The notes beneath the pieces were generated by a model. That model saw only the letters and a list, made by a program, of their open reading frames with translations, did not search any database and had not been told where the DNA came from. 64,000 nt of DNA from a virus (lineage: Duplodnaviria > Caudoviricetes), in IMG/VR virus record IMGVR_UViG_3300037400_004297, positions 1 to 64,000 of that record. One strand, written 5' to 3'. The position numbers and the translations under genes were made by a program. Positions 9,350 through 17,717 of the stretch are shown here, in pieces (positions within the stretch are counted from its first letter, which is position 1; every line of letters begins with the position of its first letter).

Positions 9350-10789
9350 ATGAGTGAGAATTTAACAAATGGTAAATTTTTAGAGAATCTATATAAGCGA
9401 TTTCCAGATATTAAGTATGATTTTTCAGAAGCCGAATATATTGATAGTAAAACGCACATGAAAGTTATATGTCACGAAAAAGATTGTAATGGTATTGAGC
9501 ATGGAAGCTGGATGATAAGGCCATACAATCTGTATAGTGGATATGGATGTCCTAAATGTGCAGCCGAAAAACATAGACAGGAACGTAGAATGCCATATGA
9601 ACAGTATTGCAAGTTAGTATCAGAAAAGTATGGTGACGTATATGAAGTGGATAAAACATCTTACGAAGATAAGTTCAATAGATTAAAAATATTGTGTAAG
9701 AAGCATAATAAATATTTTGAAACGAATAGCAGGTTATTCCCAAGATTTAATTCACATAAATGTCCTGATTGTATTAAGGAAGATTTGGAGTGTAGTGGTG
9801 TAGATAGCAGTTTATCTACTGCGAATGACATCAATAGTTTTGATGATGAAGTGTGGGTTGATATACCAGGCTTTGAAGGAAAATATCAATGCAGTTCTGA
9901 AGGAAGATTTAGAAGAATAAATAGAAAGAATAGAGTTGGTAATAAAATTAGCGATTTAATTCTTAAAGTTAATTTTACAAGGAGAGCTGGTCAGATATCT
10001 CTAGACGGTAAAACCTATGTTGCTCATAGAATCATATATGAAACATTTCATAAAGTTAATCTAATAAGTGGATACACTTCTACAATAGACCATATAGATA
10101 ATAATGTTAGGAACAACAGAATTTCAAATTTGAGACTTGGTGGCACTATAAGTGAGAATATGTTAAATAACAAGCTTACTATTGCTAGACTATCAGCAAG
10201 AGGTGGGGCTGTTGGTATTTCACCTATATTTGATTTTGAAAAATTGGAAGGGGAAAAATGGGTTGATATAATAGGTTATGAAGATTCTTATATGGTTTCT
10301 AATTTTGGTAGGGTTGTAGCAAAAGATAGAACTCTTGTTGAAAAAAACACTGGTAAGAAGAGACTTAAGAAAGGACATCTAATGCGTCAAGCAATTAAAT
10401 ATGGACAATATTATACAGTTGGGCTTGTAGATGGTAATAGAATACGTAAGACACATTATACTCATAGATTGGTTTATGAAAGCTTTAATGGTAGAATAAA
10501 AGAAGGAAACCAAGTAGACCATATAGATTCCAATTCGTTAAACAATAGATTGGATAATCTTAGAGAAACAAGTCCTTTAGAAAATGTTAGAAATCCTAAT
10601 TCTTTATCTAAAAGAACTATACAAGTTAGGAAAGTGAATTTGCTTGGTGAAACATTGGCTATTTATGATTCTATTAAAGAAGCTGGCATAAAAAATAATA
10701 TTAAACCTGGATTAATTTCAAGATGGCTTAATGAAAATAATAGGCAGAAAAATAATAAGTTGAGGGGGTTTTATTTAATTAAAGTATAA
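9350..10789 (+). CDS. HNH homing endonuclease with tandem NUMOD4-HNH units and N-terminal Zn-binding repeats
   Basis: Two NUMOD4 motifs (WVDIPGFEGKY, WVDIIGYEDSY), two HNH motifs (DHIDNNVRNNRISNL, DHIDSNSLNNRLDNL), GCPKC and CPDC. Confidence 0.85.
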   Translation: MSENLTNGKFLENLYKRFPDIKYDFSEAEYIDSKTHMKVICHEKDCNGIEHGSWMIRPYNLYSGYGCPKCAAEKHRQERRMPYEQYCKLVSEKYGDVYEVDKTSYEDKFNRLKILCKKHNKYFETNSRLFPRFNSHKCPDCIKEDLECSGVDSSLSTANDINSFDDEVWVDIPGFEGKYQCSSEGRFRRINRKNRVGNKISDLILKVNFTRRAGQISLDGKTYVAHRIIYETFHKVNLISGYTSTIDHIDNNVRNNRISNLRLGGTISENMLNNKLTIARLSARGGAVGISPIFDFEKLEGEKWVDIIGYEDSYMVSNFGRVVAKDRTLVEKNTGKKRLKKGHLMRQAIKYGQYYTVGLVDGNRIRKTHYTHRLVYESFNGRIKEGNQVDHIDSNSLNNRLDNLRETSPLENVRNPNSLSKRTIQVRKVNLLGETLAIYDSIKEAGIKNNIKPGLISRWLNENNRQKNNKLRGFYLIKV

Positions 10790-10906
10790 ATAATATAAAC
10801 ATGGGATAAGTTATATTATTCAAAGAAGGAAATGTTAAATGATATAAAACATTATTCATATTTTAAGAATCTGGAGGAAATGTTGTGTGAGGCTAGCACT
10901 AAATAA

Positions 10907-10962
10907 TGTTAAATAATCGGGGTAATGTTTGGTTATCTCGATTTTTTTATGTATCTTTGCAC
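10907..10962 (+). repeat. 56-bp direct repeat copy A (terminator-promoter cassette) left of the IscB module
   Basis: 53/56 identical to 12729-12784; contains tttg (10928-10931) and TATCTTTG (10952-10959). Confidence 0.9.
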
Positions 10963-10963
10963 C

Positions 10964-11140
10964 AACTAATCTGGTATGATTAGCTTAAGCCCTTCGAGGG
11001 CTACGTTGAGGGAGAATATATAGGCACTTTGGAGTTGTTACCCAAGCCCCAAACCATGCGGCTAGCGAGAATGTCTTTCTAGTGAAAACCTCCAACCAAC
11101 ATTAGCGATGGGTACACAACGTCATTTATTTGACGGTTTA
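10964..11140 (+). ncRNA. IscB omegaRNA scaffold lacking a cis guide; tracrRNA-like, with 5' anti-repeat at 10964-10980
   Basis: OmegaRNA-like motifs TAGCTTAAG-[agccct-tcg-agggct]-CTACGTT, GAATATATAGGCAC, AACC..AACATTAGCGATGGGT; possible pseudoknot tacccA/tgggta; 3' hairpin cgtca-tttatt-tgacg. The first 17 nt are complementary to the array repeat. Confidence 0.85.
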
Positions 11141-11162
11141 CAACATTTTTAAATTAAAAGCA

Positions 11163-12437
11163 ATGGTTTATGTATTAAACAAGGATGGCAAACCCATAAT
11201 GCCAACGACAAGACACGGAAAAGTTAGGAGGCTTTTGAAGGAAGGGAAAGCCCACGTGGTTTCTACCGTTCCTTTTACAATCCAGCTTGACTATATTTCT
11301 GGTGAGAACCTACAAGAAATAAATCTTGGGGTTGACACTGGTTCTAGGTACATAGGCTTGTCTGCATCTACATCTTCTAAGGAGCTTTATGCTGCGCAGG
11401 TAGAACTTCGTAGTAAAGAGATTCCAGACCTTATTCTTTCTAGGCGTGAGTCTAGAAGAACTAGACGCAACAGAAAAACTAGGTACAGAAAGCCACGTTT
11501 TGATAATAGGAAAAGACCAAATGGCTGGTTAACTCCTACATCAAGAAACAGATTTGATGAACATATGAAAGCTATTCAGCGTGTCTATAAAATTCTACCT
11601 GTTTCTAACATAACCATTGAGATTGCTCCGTTTGATATCCAGAAACTAAAGAATCCAGGGATTCAAGGTGAAGAGTACCAACATGGTGAGTTGTTTGGTT
11701 TTGAAAACGCCAGAGAATACGCTTTAATTAGGGATAGGCACGAGTGCCAGCATTGTCACGGTAAAAGTGGATGCAAAACACTTCACGTACACCATATTCA
11801 ATACAGGTCACAAGGCGGTACTGATGCAGTTGGAAATCTTATCACATTGTGTGAGGATTGCCATAATAAACTACATAATGGTGAATTTGAACTTAACTTA
11901 AAAAAGATTACTAGCTTCAAAAACCAAACATCAGTATCGACAATCGGTAAACCTGTGTTCTGGAAGGCAAAGGAACTGTATGGTAATGTTAAGACTACGT
12001 ATGGCTACATAACCAAAACTAACCGCTTAAGGGGTGGAATTGAGAAGTCCCATACTAGTGATGCATTTGTTATGGCTGGCAACTTGAATGCTGACAGGTT
12101 TGGTGGATTCTACCAGTATAAGCTTAACAGAAGACATACTAGGTCTCTACATAAGCAACTTCCAAAGAAAGGTGGCATACGAGCAGCAACCACTGCCACC
12201 CATACAATAGGTAATAGTGGCTTGCAGAAGGGAGATTTGGTTCTCTGGAATGGGATGAAGTGCTTTATTAGTGGAAGCTCACATAATAGGCTATACTTGA
12301 AAGATATTAATGGTAATCTTCTGACAAGAAAACAAAATGATAACGGTAAGATGATATCTTTTACTGTAAGAACTGCTGATGTGAAATTCCTAAGAAGGAT
12401 GCACGGGAGTCATTTGCTCCAGTTTACTCGTGAATAA
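11163..12437 (+). CDS. iscB: IscB RNA-guided endonuclease (PLMP/RRXRR, split RuvC, bridge helix, HNH)
   Basis: MVYVLNKDGKPIMP; RuvC-I LGVDTGS; RRESRRTRRNRKTRYRKPRFDNR; RuvC-II ITIEIAPFD; HNH CQHC..HVHHI..GGTD..NLITLCEDCHNKLH; RuvC-III KSHTSDA. Start placed at ATG 11163 (424 aa). Confidence 0.95.
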   Translation: MVYVLNKDGKPIMPTTRHGKVRRLLKEGKAHVVSTVPFTIQLDYISGENLQEINLGVDTGSRYIGLSASTSSKELYAAQVELRSKEIPDLILSRRESRRTRRNRKTRYRKPRFDNRKRPNGWLTPTSRNRFDEHMKAIQRVYKILPVSNITIEIAPFDIQKLKNPGIQGEEYQHGELFGFENAREYALIRDRHECQHCHGKSGCKTLHVHHIQYRSQGGTDAVGNLITLCEDCHNKLHNGEFELNLKKITSFKNQTSVSTIGKPVFWKAKELYGNVKTTYGYITKTNRLRGGIEKSHTSDAFVMAGNLNADRFGGFYQYKLNRRHTRSLHKQLPKKGGIRAATTATHTIGNSGLQKGDLVLWNGMKCFISGSSHNRLYLKDINGNLLTRKQNDNGKMISFTVRTADVKFLRRMHGSHLLQFTRE

Positions 12438-12488
12438 GAGATAAGTGGAGTTTTTAATCATTTCGTCGATTCTTTGTTCAAAATATGC

Positions 12489-12722
12489 ATTGTATCAGAT
12501 TAGTTTTTAATATTATTAGATTTCTGGAATCGGTATTTATCGTAGACTTACCCACCCTTTATATATAATGATGAGTCAGGTTCTGAATGATTAATTGTAT
12601 CAGATTAGTTTTTTATATTATTAGATTTCTGGAAAAAGAGATATATCAATAATAACGCTGCCAATTGTATCAGATTAGTTTTTTATACCAGAACACACAT
12701 ATGAAATTGTATCAGATTAGTT
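12489..12722 (+). CRISPR. Degenerate CRISPR-like mini-array, 4 repeats with core ATTGTATCAGATTAGTT
   Basis: R1 12489-12529 and R2 12594-12634 (41 bp, 1 mismatch), R3 12664-12687 (24 bp), R4 12706-12722 (17 bp). Unique intervening sequences of 64, 29 and 18 nt. Confidence 0.8.
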
Positions 12723-12728
12723 AATTTT

Positions 12729-12784
12729 TGTTAAATAATCGAGGTAATGTTTGGTTATCTCGATTTTTTTATGTAATTTTGCAC
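12729..12784 (+). repeat. 56-bp direct repeat copy B (terminator for IscB/array, promoter for the next cassette)
   Basis: aatcgaggtaa-tgtttgg-ttatctcgatt hairpin + T7 + TAATTTTG; 53/56 identical to 10907-10962. Confidence 0.9.
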
Positions 12785-12799
12785 TCGAAATAATAAAAT

Positions 12800-13075
12800 G
12801 TGTACGTTATGACAAGAGAACAAGCTAAACAGATTCTTCTCAAGAGCATTGAGAAGGAGATAAAAAAATATGGTGAGGATACTGTCGCAGTGATGTCACC
12901 TATGCCAGGCAAGAACTTCTGGACATATAAAGAGTATAAGGATGCTGTTATTAATGACACTGACCTTGATGGCTGTGAGGATTCTAATCCTATCGATTCT
13001 CTTATCAGGTATGATGAATATCGTTTGGAGCGTGGCATGGAGAGTATGGTTGATAAGTTTTTAAAGGAGAAGTAA
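12800..13075 (+). CDS. Hypothetical protein
   Basis: 91-aa ORF directly after the promoter cassette. Confidence 0.6.
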   Translation: MYVMTREQAKQILLKSIEKEIKKYGEDTVAVMSPMPGKNFWTYKEYKDAVINDTDLDGCEDSNPIDSLIRYDEYRLERGMESMVDKFLKEK

Positions 13076-13076
13076 T

Positions 13077-13379
13077 ATGAGTAATTTGATGATTCTAATT
13101 CTAGTATGGGTAGTAGGCATTATTATTACCTTATTCATTCTCTATAAACAAAATGATAAGATAACACTTAGCGATGCACTATTGGTGCTGTTCTTCTGGT
13201 GGTTTTATTTAATATTCTTCATCAGTATGTGGTTGACCGTATGTGTTGAATGGATTTATGATAACACCAGGGACATAGTATTATTTGAGAAGAAGAAAGC
13301 CCCAAGGTGTAACAAGAAAACAAAGTTCCAGGAAACTATGGATAAACTGGAGAAACAAGTTGAAAATTTTAAAAAGTAA
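13077..13379 (+). CDS. Hypothetical membrane protein
   Basis: Two hydrophobic segments followed by a basic C-terminus. Confidence 0.6.
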   Translation: MSNLMILILVWVVGIIITLFILYKQNDKITLSDALLVLFFWWFYLIFFISMWLTVCVEWIYDNTRDIVLFEKKKAPRCNKKTKFQETMDKLEKQVENFKK

Positions 13380-13398
13380 CATTATAACATTTTAAACA

Positions 13399-15435
13399 AT
13401 GAAAAAGCTTTTATGGATTATGTGTGCAATGCTGGTCGGTATGTCAGCATATGCAAGTGAGACTAACGACACCATTATTAACAAGTCACTTGACGAGTTT
13501 ACGGTAACGTCGTTCTATCGTAGTTCCACCCCAATTCTGGGTAGCACTTTGAATTCACAGTCATTGATTTCTGCAAACTATGGTCAAGAGCCTTCTTGGC
13601 TGTTAGCAAACATGCCTTCCATCTTTGCATTCAGTGACAATGGTACTGATTTCGGTTATGGCTATTTCCGTATTCGTGGACTTGACCAGACTAGAATAAA
13701 TGTAACTCTTGATGGAATGCCTTGGAATGAGGCTGAGGATTTTGGCTGTTATTTCGCTAATAGCCCTGATATTTTAGCAGACGCTGGCAGTGTTGAAGTT
13801 GGACGTGGTACAAGCACCTATAACCCTGGTACTGCATCGTATGGTGGAAGTGTAAACATTAACTCTGTTGACCTCAAAAAGGACACTGAATCATATGCAA
13901 TGTTTGGTGGTGGTAGTTTTGCATCATTTAAGACATCTGTCAATATTAATACAGGTCTTATGGGTAAGTGGGCTATGCATGTACGTGCAACAATGTCAGA
14001 AACTGATGGCTATCGTGAGCATAGTTCAAATAAATCTAAGTCACTTGGCTTTAAGCTTGGTTATTTCATTAATGATAAGAGTTCAATTGACCTGCTGTCA
14101 ATCACTGGATATCACAAGAACGGACAGGGATATATTGGTGGCACAATGGAGGAGCTTGCGAAGAATCGTAAGATGAATGGCTGTAGTGAATATGAGGACG
14201 ATAATTTCTTCCAGACGGTAAATAAGCTTACCTATAATAGTTGGTTTGGTGATAAGGTATTGTTTACATCTTCATTGTATTGGAGTATGCTTCGTGGAGA
14301 GTATCGTTTTGATTTAGACAATTATCTGTTGCGAATGGAGGATTTTCCAGCGCAAACTGGCATGGTGTATAACTATGGGCTTATTCACCACAGCTATGGT
14401 GGTAATGCAGCAGCACGTTATTACATCAACGACGGCTCAATTACATTAGGTACTAACATCTATAAGTTCGAGCGTGAGCATTATCTTGATGACCGTAATG
14501 TTGATAAGGCTAAGAATATCACACCTGCTGACTACTATGACAATCGTGGACATAAGATGAGCTATGAGGCATTCATTAATGCGAAGAAGTCATTTGGCAA
14601 TTTCACACTGTCTGCTAATGTTCAATATCGTGGTGTTAAGTTCTGGTATGTTGACCTTATGAATCCATTAGTTAACTTTGATGAGAATACAACTTGGAAC
14701 TTCATTAATTTTGGTGCTGATGCAAGTTATAAGATTGGAAGTCATAATGAGTTATATCTGAAGTACGCACGTGCTCACCGTGAACCGACACGTACAGATA
14801 TGTTTGGTGGAAATGAATGGTATGTTGGTTCACTTACAACAACAGATGCTGAGGTTTCAAATGATATTGAATTTGGTTGGAATATTGCTGCAAAGAAGAT
14901 TAATGCTAATGTAAACCTGTTTGGAATGTTCTTTGAGAACGAGCGTTCACTTACTGGTACACTTGGTTTAAACGGTCTTCCTGAGCATGAGAAGGCTGAT
15001 AACAGTCATCGTATGGGTATTGAGTTATTCGTTGATTATGAGCCTTTTAGTAAGTTCCATATCGTTAATAACTCGTCTTTCTCTAATAATAAGGTAAAGA
15101 CTGAGACCTATGGAACTAAAAGTCATGTATTAACTCCTAATTGTACGTTCAACCAGGCGTTTGAGTGGCGTGATAACAAGTGGAGTGCTGGGGTAGAGTG
15201 GAAATATCGTAGTCATATGTACATTGATATGGCAAATGAGTTCCGTGTCCCTGACCTGTGGCAGCTTAATCTCTATGGTAGTGTTACCCTTGGCAATTTC
15301 ATCGTCAGTGGGCATGTTAATAACATTACCAATCGTGACAATATGCAGACAGGTGTGCTAACCAATACCAACAAGGCACGTTTCATGCCTGATGCGCCAA
15401 CTAACGTGTTTGCTTCGGTGAAGTACATGTTCTAA
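13399..15435 (+). CDS. TonB-dependent outer-membrane receptor (Bacteroidota vitamin-uptake type)
   Basis: Signal peptide; LDEFTVTS TonB-box-like; plug motifs FRIRGLDQTRINVTLDGMP and GRGTS..G..GGSVNI; C-terminal NNITNR...PTNVFASVKYMF ending in aromatic F. Confidence 0.9.
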   Translation: MKKLLWIMCAMLVGMSAYASETNDTIINKSLDEFTVTSFYRSSTPILGSTLNSQSLISANYGQEPSWLLANMPSIFAFSDNGTDFGYGYFRIRGLDQTRINVTLDGMPWNEAEDFGCYFANSPDILADAGSVEVGRGTSTYNPGTASYGGSVNINSVDLKKDTESYAMFGGGSFASFKTSVNINTGLMGKWAMHVRATMSETDGYREHSSNKSKSLGFKLGYFINDKSSIDLLSITGYHKNGQGYIGGTMEELAKNRKMNGCSEYEDDNFFQTVNKLTYNSWFGDKVLFTSSLYWSMLRGEYRFDLDNYLLRMEDFPAQTGMVYNYGLIHHSYGGNAAARYYINDGSITLGTNIYKFEREHYLDDRNVDKAKNITPADYYDNRGHKMSYEAFINAKKSFGNFTLSANVQYRGVKFWYVDLMNPLVNFDENTTWNFINFGADASYKIGSHNELYLKYARAHREPTRTDMFGGNEWYVGSLTTTDAEVSNDIEFGWNIAAKKINANVNLFGMFFENERSLTGTLGLNGLPEHEKADNSHRMGIELFVDYEPFSKFHIVNNSSFSNNKVKTETYGTKSHVLTPNCTFNQAFEWRDNKWSAGVEWKYRSHMYIDMANEFRVPDLWQLNLYGSVTLGNFIVSGHVNNITNRDNMQTGVLTNTNKARFMPDAPTNVFASVKYMF

Positions 15436-15454
15436 TTGGTTAATAATAGTTAAA

Positions 15455-15503
15455 AAATGAGGTAATCGTTTGGTTATCTCATTTTTTTTATGTAAATTTG
15501 CAG
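15455..15503 (+). promoter_or_regulatory. Terminator-promoter cassette
   Basis: aatgaggtaa-tcgtttgg-ttatctcatt hairpin, T-tract, TAAATTTG. Confidence 0.75.
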
Positions 15504-15524
15504 GTGAAATAAAATTAATTAATT

Positions 15525-16019
15525 ATGTTAGTTTGGGCTTTTAATAAAAATAATAAATCATTTAAATTGTGCGGAACATATGAGACATTGTTTTGGACAG
15601 ATAGAATGGGGTGCAAAGAAAGTAGTGTTTATATAAATGAATGCGACTACGAACTACCTAAAGATGTAGTAGATGCTTATTTTTCTGATTTGCTTTTTAA
15701 CCCCTTTACTGAATACAAATTTATTGTGAATAAGGAGAAATATGAGAAATATAATAGTTTCGGAGATTTTCCAACCACATACTTGGGTACTGTCTGTATT
15801 GTAGATGATAACAACAAAGTACTAAATGATAGACTTTATTCCCAATCAAATAATCCAAAAATAAGCATTTTAGAAAAATTTTTCGAATGTATTGGATATA
15901 AAGTTGAAATTTATAGACTTAATTACAATATGGAAAAAGAAATGAAAGAAAAAGGGTACGAACCTGTGTACTATTATGGAAGTGGTAGAGGTTGTGCATT
16001 ATTTGTTAAAAAGGTATGA
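15525..16019 (+). CDS. Hypothetical protein
   Basis: 164-aa ORF after the promoter cassette. Confidence 0.55.
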   Translation: MLVWAFNKNNKSFKLCGTYETLFWTDRMGCKESSVYINECDYELPKDVVDAYFSDLLFNPFTEYKFIVNKEKYEKYNSFGDFPTTYLGTVCIVDDNNKVLNDRLYSQSNNPKISILEKFFECIGYKVEIYRLNYNMEKEMKEKGYEPVYYYGSGRGCALFVKKV

Positions 16020-17104
16020 AAATAGGACTTTGTTTTGGTGGATATTGTCCAATGCATCGTGGGCATTTGGATGGCATTATGAGAGCCAAGAAGGAGAATG
16101 ACTTGGTTTTTGTATTTGTGTGTGGCTATGACAATGAGCCTCGTGCTGGAAACATTAACCTCACACTCAAAGAACGTGCTGCAATTGTTCGTAAAATATT
16201 CCGCAATGATGAGATTATCAAGGTTGAGGTGATTAACGATACTGAACTTGGCATTGATGAGAGCATGAGTGAAAACAACTGGGTTGTATGGCAAACTGCT
16301 GTGTCTAAGATATTAGACAAGCACGATGCAATGCATTATGGTGATAAAATTACCTGGTATGTTGCCGAGCCTATGTACAAGGAAATGCTGGAGAAACATA
16401 ATATGTTCAAGGCTGATGTAACTCTCATTGATAAGGTAGTGCCAGTGAGTGGAACTGCAATACGTGAAAACCCATTGAAATACTGGAAGTACATTGTCAG
16501 GGAATATCGTAATAACCTGTGCAAGAACATTCTCATTACTGGAACAGCTTCTGAGGGTAAGACAACGCTAGTACGTGACATATCAACGTATTTTGGCATC
16601 AACCATTCTGAGGAATATGGTCGTGATGACCTGCTTGCCAAGTGTAAGAGTGATACAGACCTTACTGCTGATGATTTCGTTGACTTCCTGATTGGTCAGA
16701 GTCTGGATATGCGCAAGCGTATTGCCAATAATGACAATGGCGTGTTTATTTCAGATACTGACAATTTGGTTACGCTAATGTATGCATTGGCATATACTGA
16801 AGACCCAAATGTACCAATCACAAAGGAGGAATATGATAATAAGGTACTTCCAGTAGCAAAGGCTCTTGAGGGTCGTGTAAAGTGGGACAAGATATATTTG
16901 TTACCACCAATGAATAAGTTCGTTGATGACGGTAGCAGGTATATGAAACAGGCTTCCATTGATGAAAGGGTTGCCAATTTCTCAAAACTATCAGCGTTAT
17001 TAAAGGATTTTGGATTGTATGACAAGGTAGAAATACTTTCTGGTGATTTCAAATCCAATTTTGAAAAAGTAAAAGACTATATCAACGGTTTATATAATGA
17101 GTAA
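16016..17104 (+). CDS. nadR: NadR-like bifunctional NMN adenylyltransferase / ribosylnicotinamide kinase
   Basis: FGGYCPMHRGH (HxGH), VSGTAIR, P-loop GTASEGKTT, EEYGR, ISDTD, FVDDGSR. Confidence 0.88.
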   Translation: MKIGLCFGGYCPMHRGHLDGIMRAKKENDLVFVFVCGYDNEPRAGNINLTLKERAAIVRKIFRNDEIIKVEVINDTELGIDESMSENNWVVWQTAVSKILDKHDAMHYGDKITWYVAEPMYKEMLEKHNMFKADVTLIDKVVPVSGTAIRENPLKYWKYIVREYRNNLCKNILITGTASEGKTTLVRDISTYFGINHSEEYGRDDLLAKCKSDTDLTADDFVDFLIGQSLDMRKRIANNDNGVFISDTDNLVTLMYALAYTEDPNVPITKEEYDNKVLPVAKALEGRVKWDKIYLLPPMNKFVDDGSRYMKQASIDERVANFSKLSALLKDFGLYDKVEILSGDFKSNFEKVKDYINGLYNE

Positions 17105-17717
17105 ATATCTCTCGTTTGGAGGCATTTTCCTAGCCTTAGGACTGCTTTTGCAGGTGGTGACGTACATTGTTACCAATGACACGTTTTTGTCGCTTATAAG
17201 CGGAATGTGTGGTGTTATATCAGTCGTATTATGCAGTCAGAGGAGTATGCATTTCTATACTTTTGGATTCATACAGCTCTTTACATATGTTTATCTATGC
17301 TGGGAACAGAAGTTGTACGCTGAGATTGCAGAGAATGTTTTCTATTTTGTAACTATGCTATATGGGATATACGAGTGGAATAACCATTTGGCAAACGATA
17401 AGGTTGAAACCAAGTCATTGGGTATTAACTGGTATACCGTTCTTGGTGTTACCATATGTGCTTGTGGTGGTGTCTGGAGCGTGTTGTTACATACTGATGA
17501 CACACAACCATTTATGGATGCCATAACGACAGTTCCTGCGTTTACTGCTCAGATATTGATGATTTTAAGATTCAAGGAGAGTTGGTATTATTGGTTGTTT
17601 ATTGACCTTGGTTGTATTGTTATGTGGTGGAATGCAGAGAATTACTGTATGGTAATGCAGTATATATTCTGGTCTATGAATTGTATATATGGTTTAACTA
17701 AATGGAATAAAATATGA
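17097..17717 (+). CDS. pnuC: PnuC-family nicotinamide riboside transporter
   Basis: Multi-TM protein; FYFVTMLYGIYEW, PFMDAITT, AQILMILRFKESWYYW; adjacent to NadR. Confidence 0.88.
   Translation: MSKYLSFGGIFLALGLLLQVVTYIVTNDTFLSLISGMCGVISVVLCSQRSMHFYTFGFIQLFTYVYLCWEQKLYAEIAENVFYFVTMLYGIYEWNNHLANDKVETKSLGINWYTVLGVTICACGGVWSVLLHTDDTQPFMDAITTVPAFTAQILMILRFKESWYYWLFIDLGCIVMWWNAENYCMVMQYIFWSMNCIYGLTKWNKI

Noticed and set aside
10795-10905. Short ORF remnant (DKLYYSKKEML...EASTK*) between the HNH gene and the IscB cassette
   Set aside because: No in-frame start for most of it; too short to call.
12455-12705. Self-targeting of spacers within this window
   Set aside because: No match noticed by eye; this was not exhaustive and needs an exact search of the whole genome.
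12489-12722. Host-type (II-C, V-A, VI-B, I-B) decoy mini-array
   Set aside because: The repeat did not resemble the Bacteroidota repeat families I recall, and its core is fully complementary to the adjacent IscB scaffold, which explains it better. A repeat-database search would settle this.
10907-12784. Active IS200/IS605 transposon carrying iscB
   Set aside because: No tnpA (Y1 transposase) nearby, no subterminal IS hairpin ends recognised, and the flanks are phage promoter cassettes.
13340-13399. TPP riboswitch ahead of the TonB receptor
   Set aside because: The intergenic gap is only ~20 bp and no TPP consensus elements are visible.
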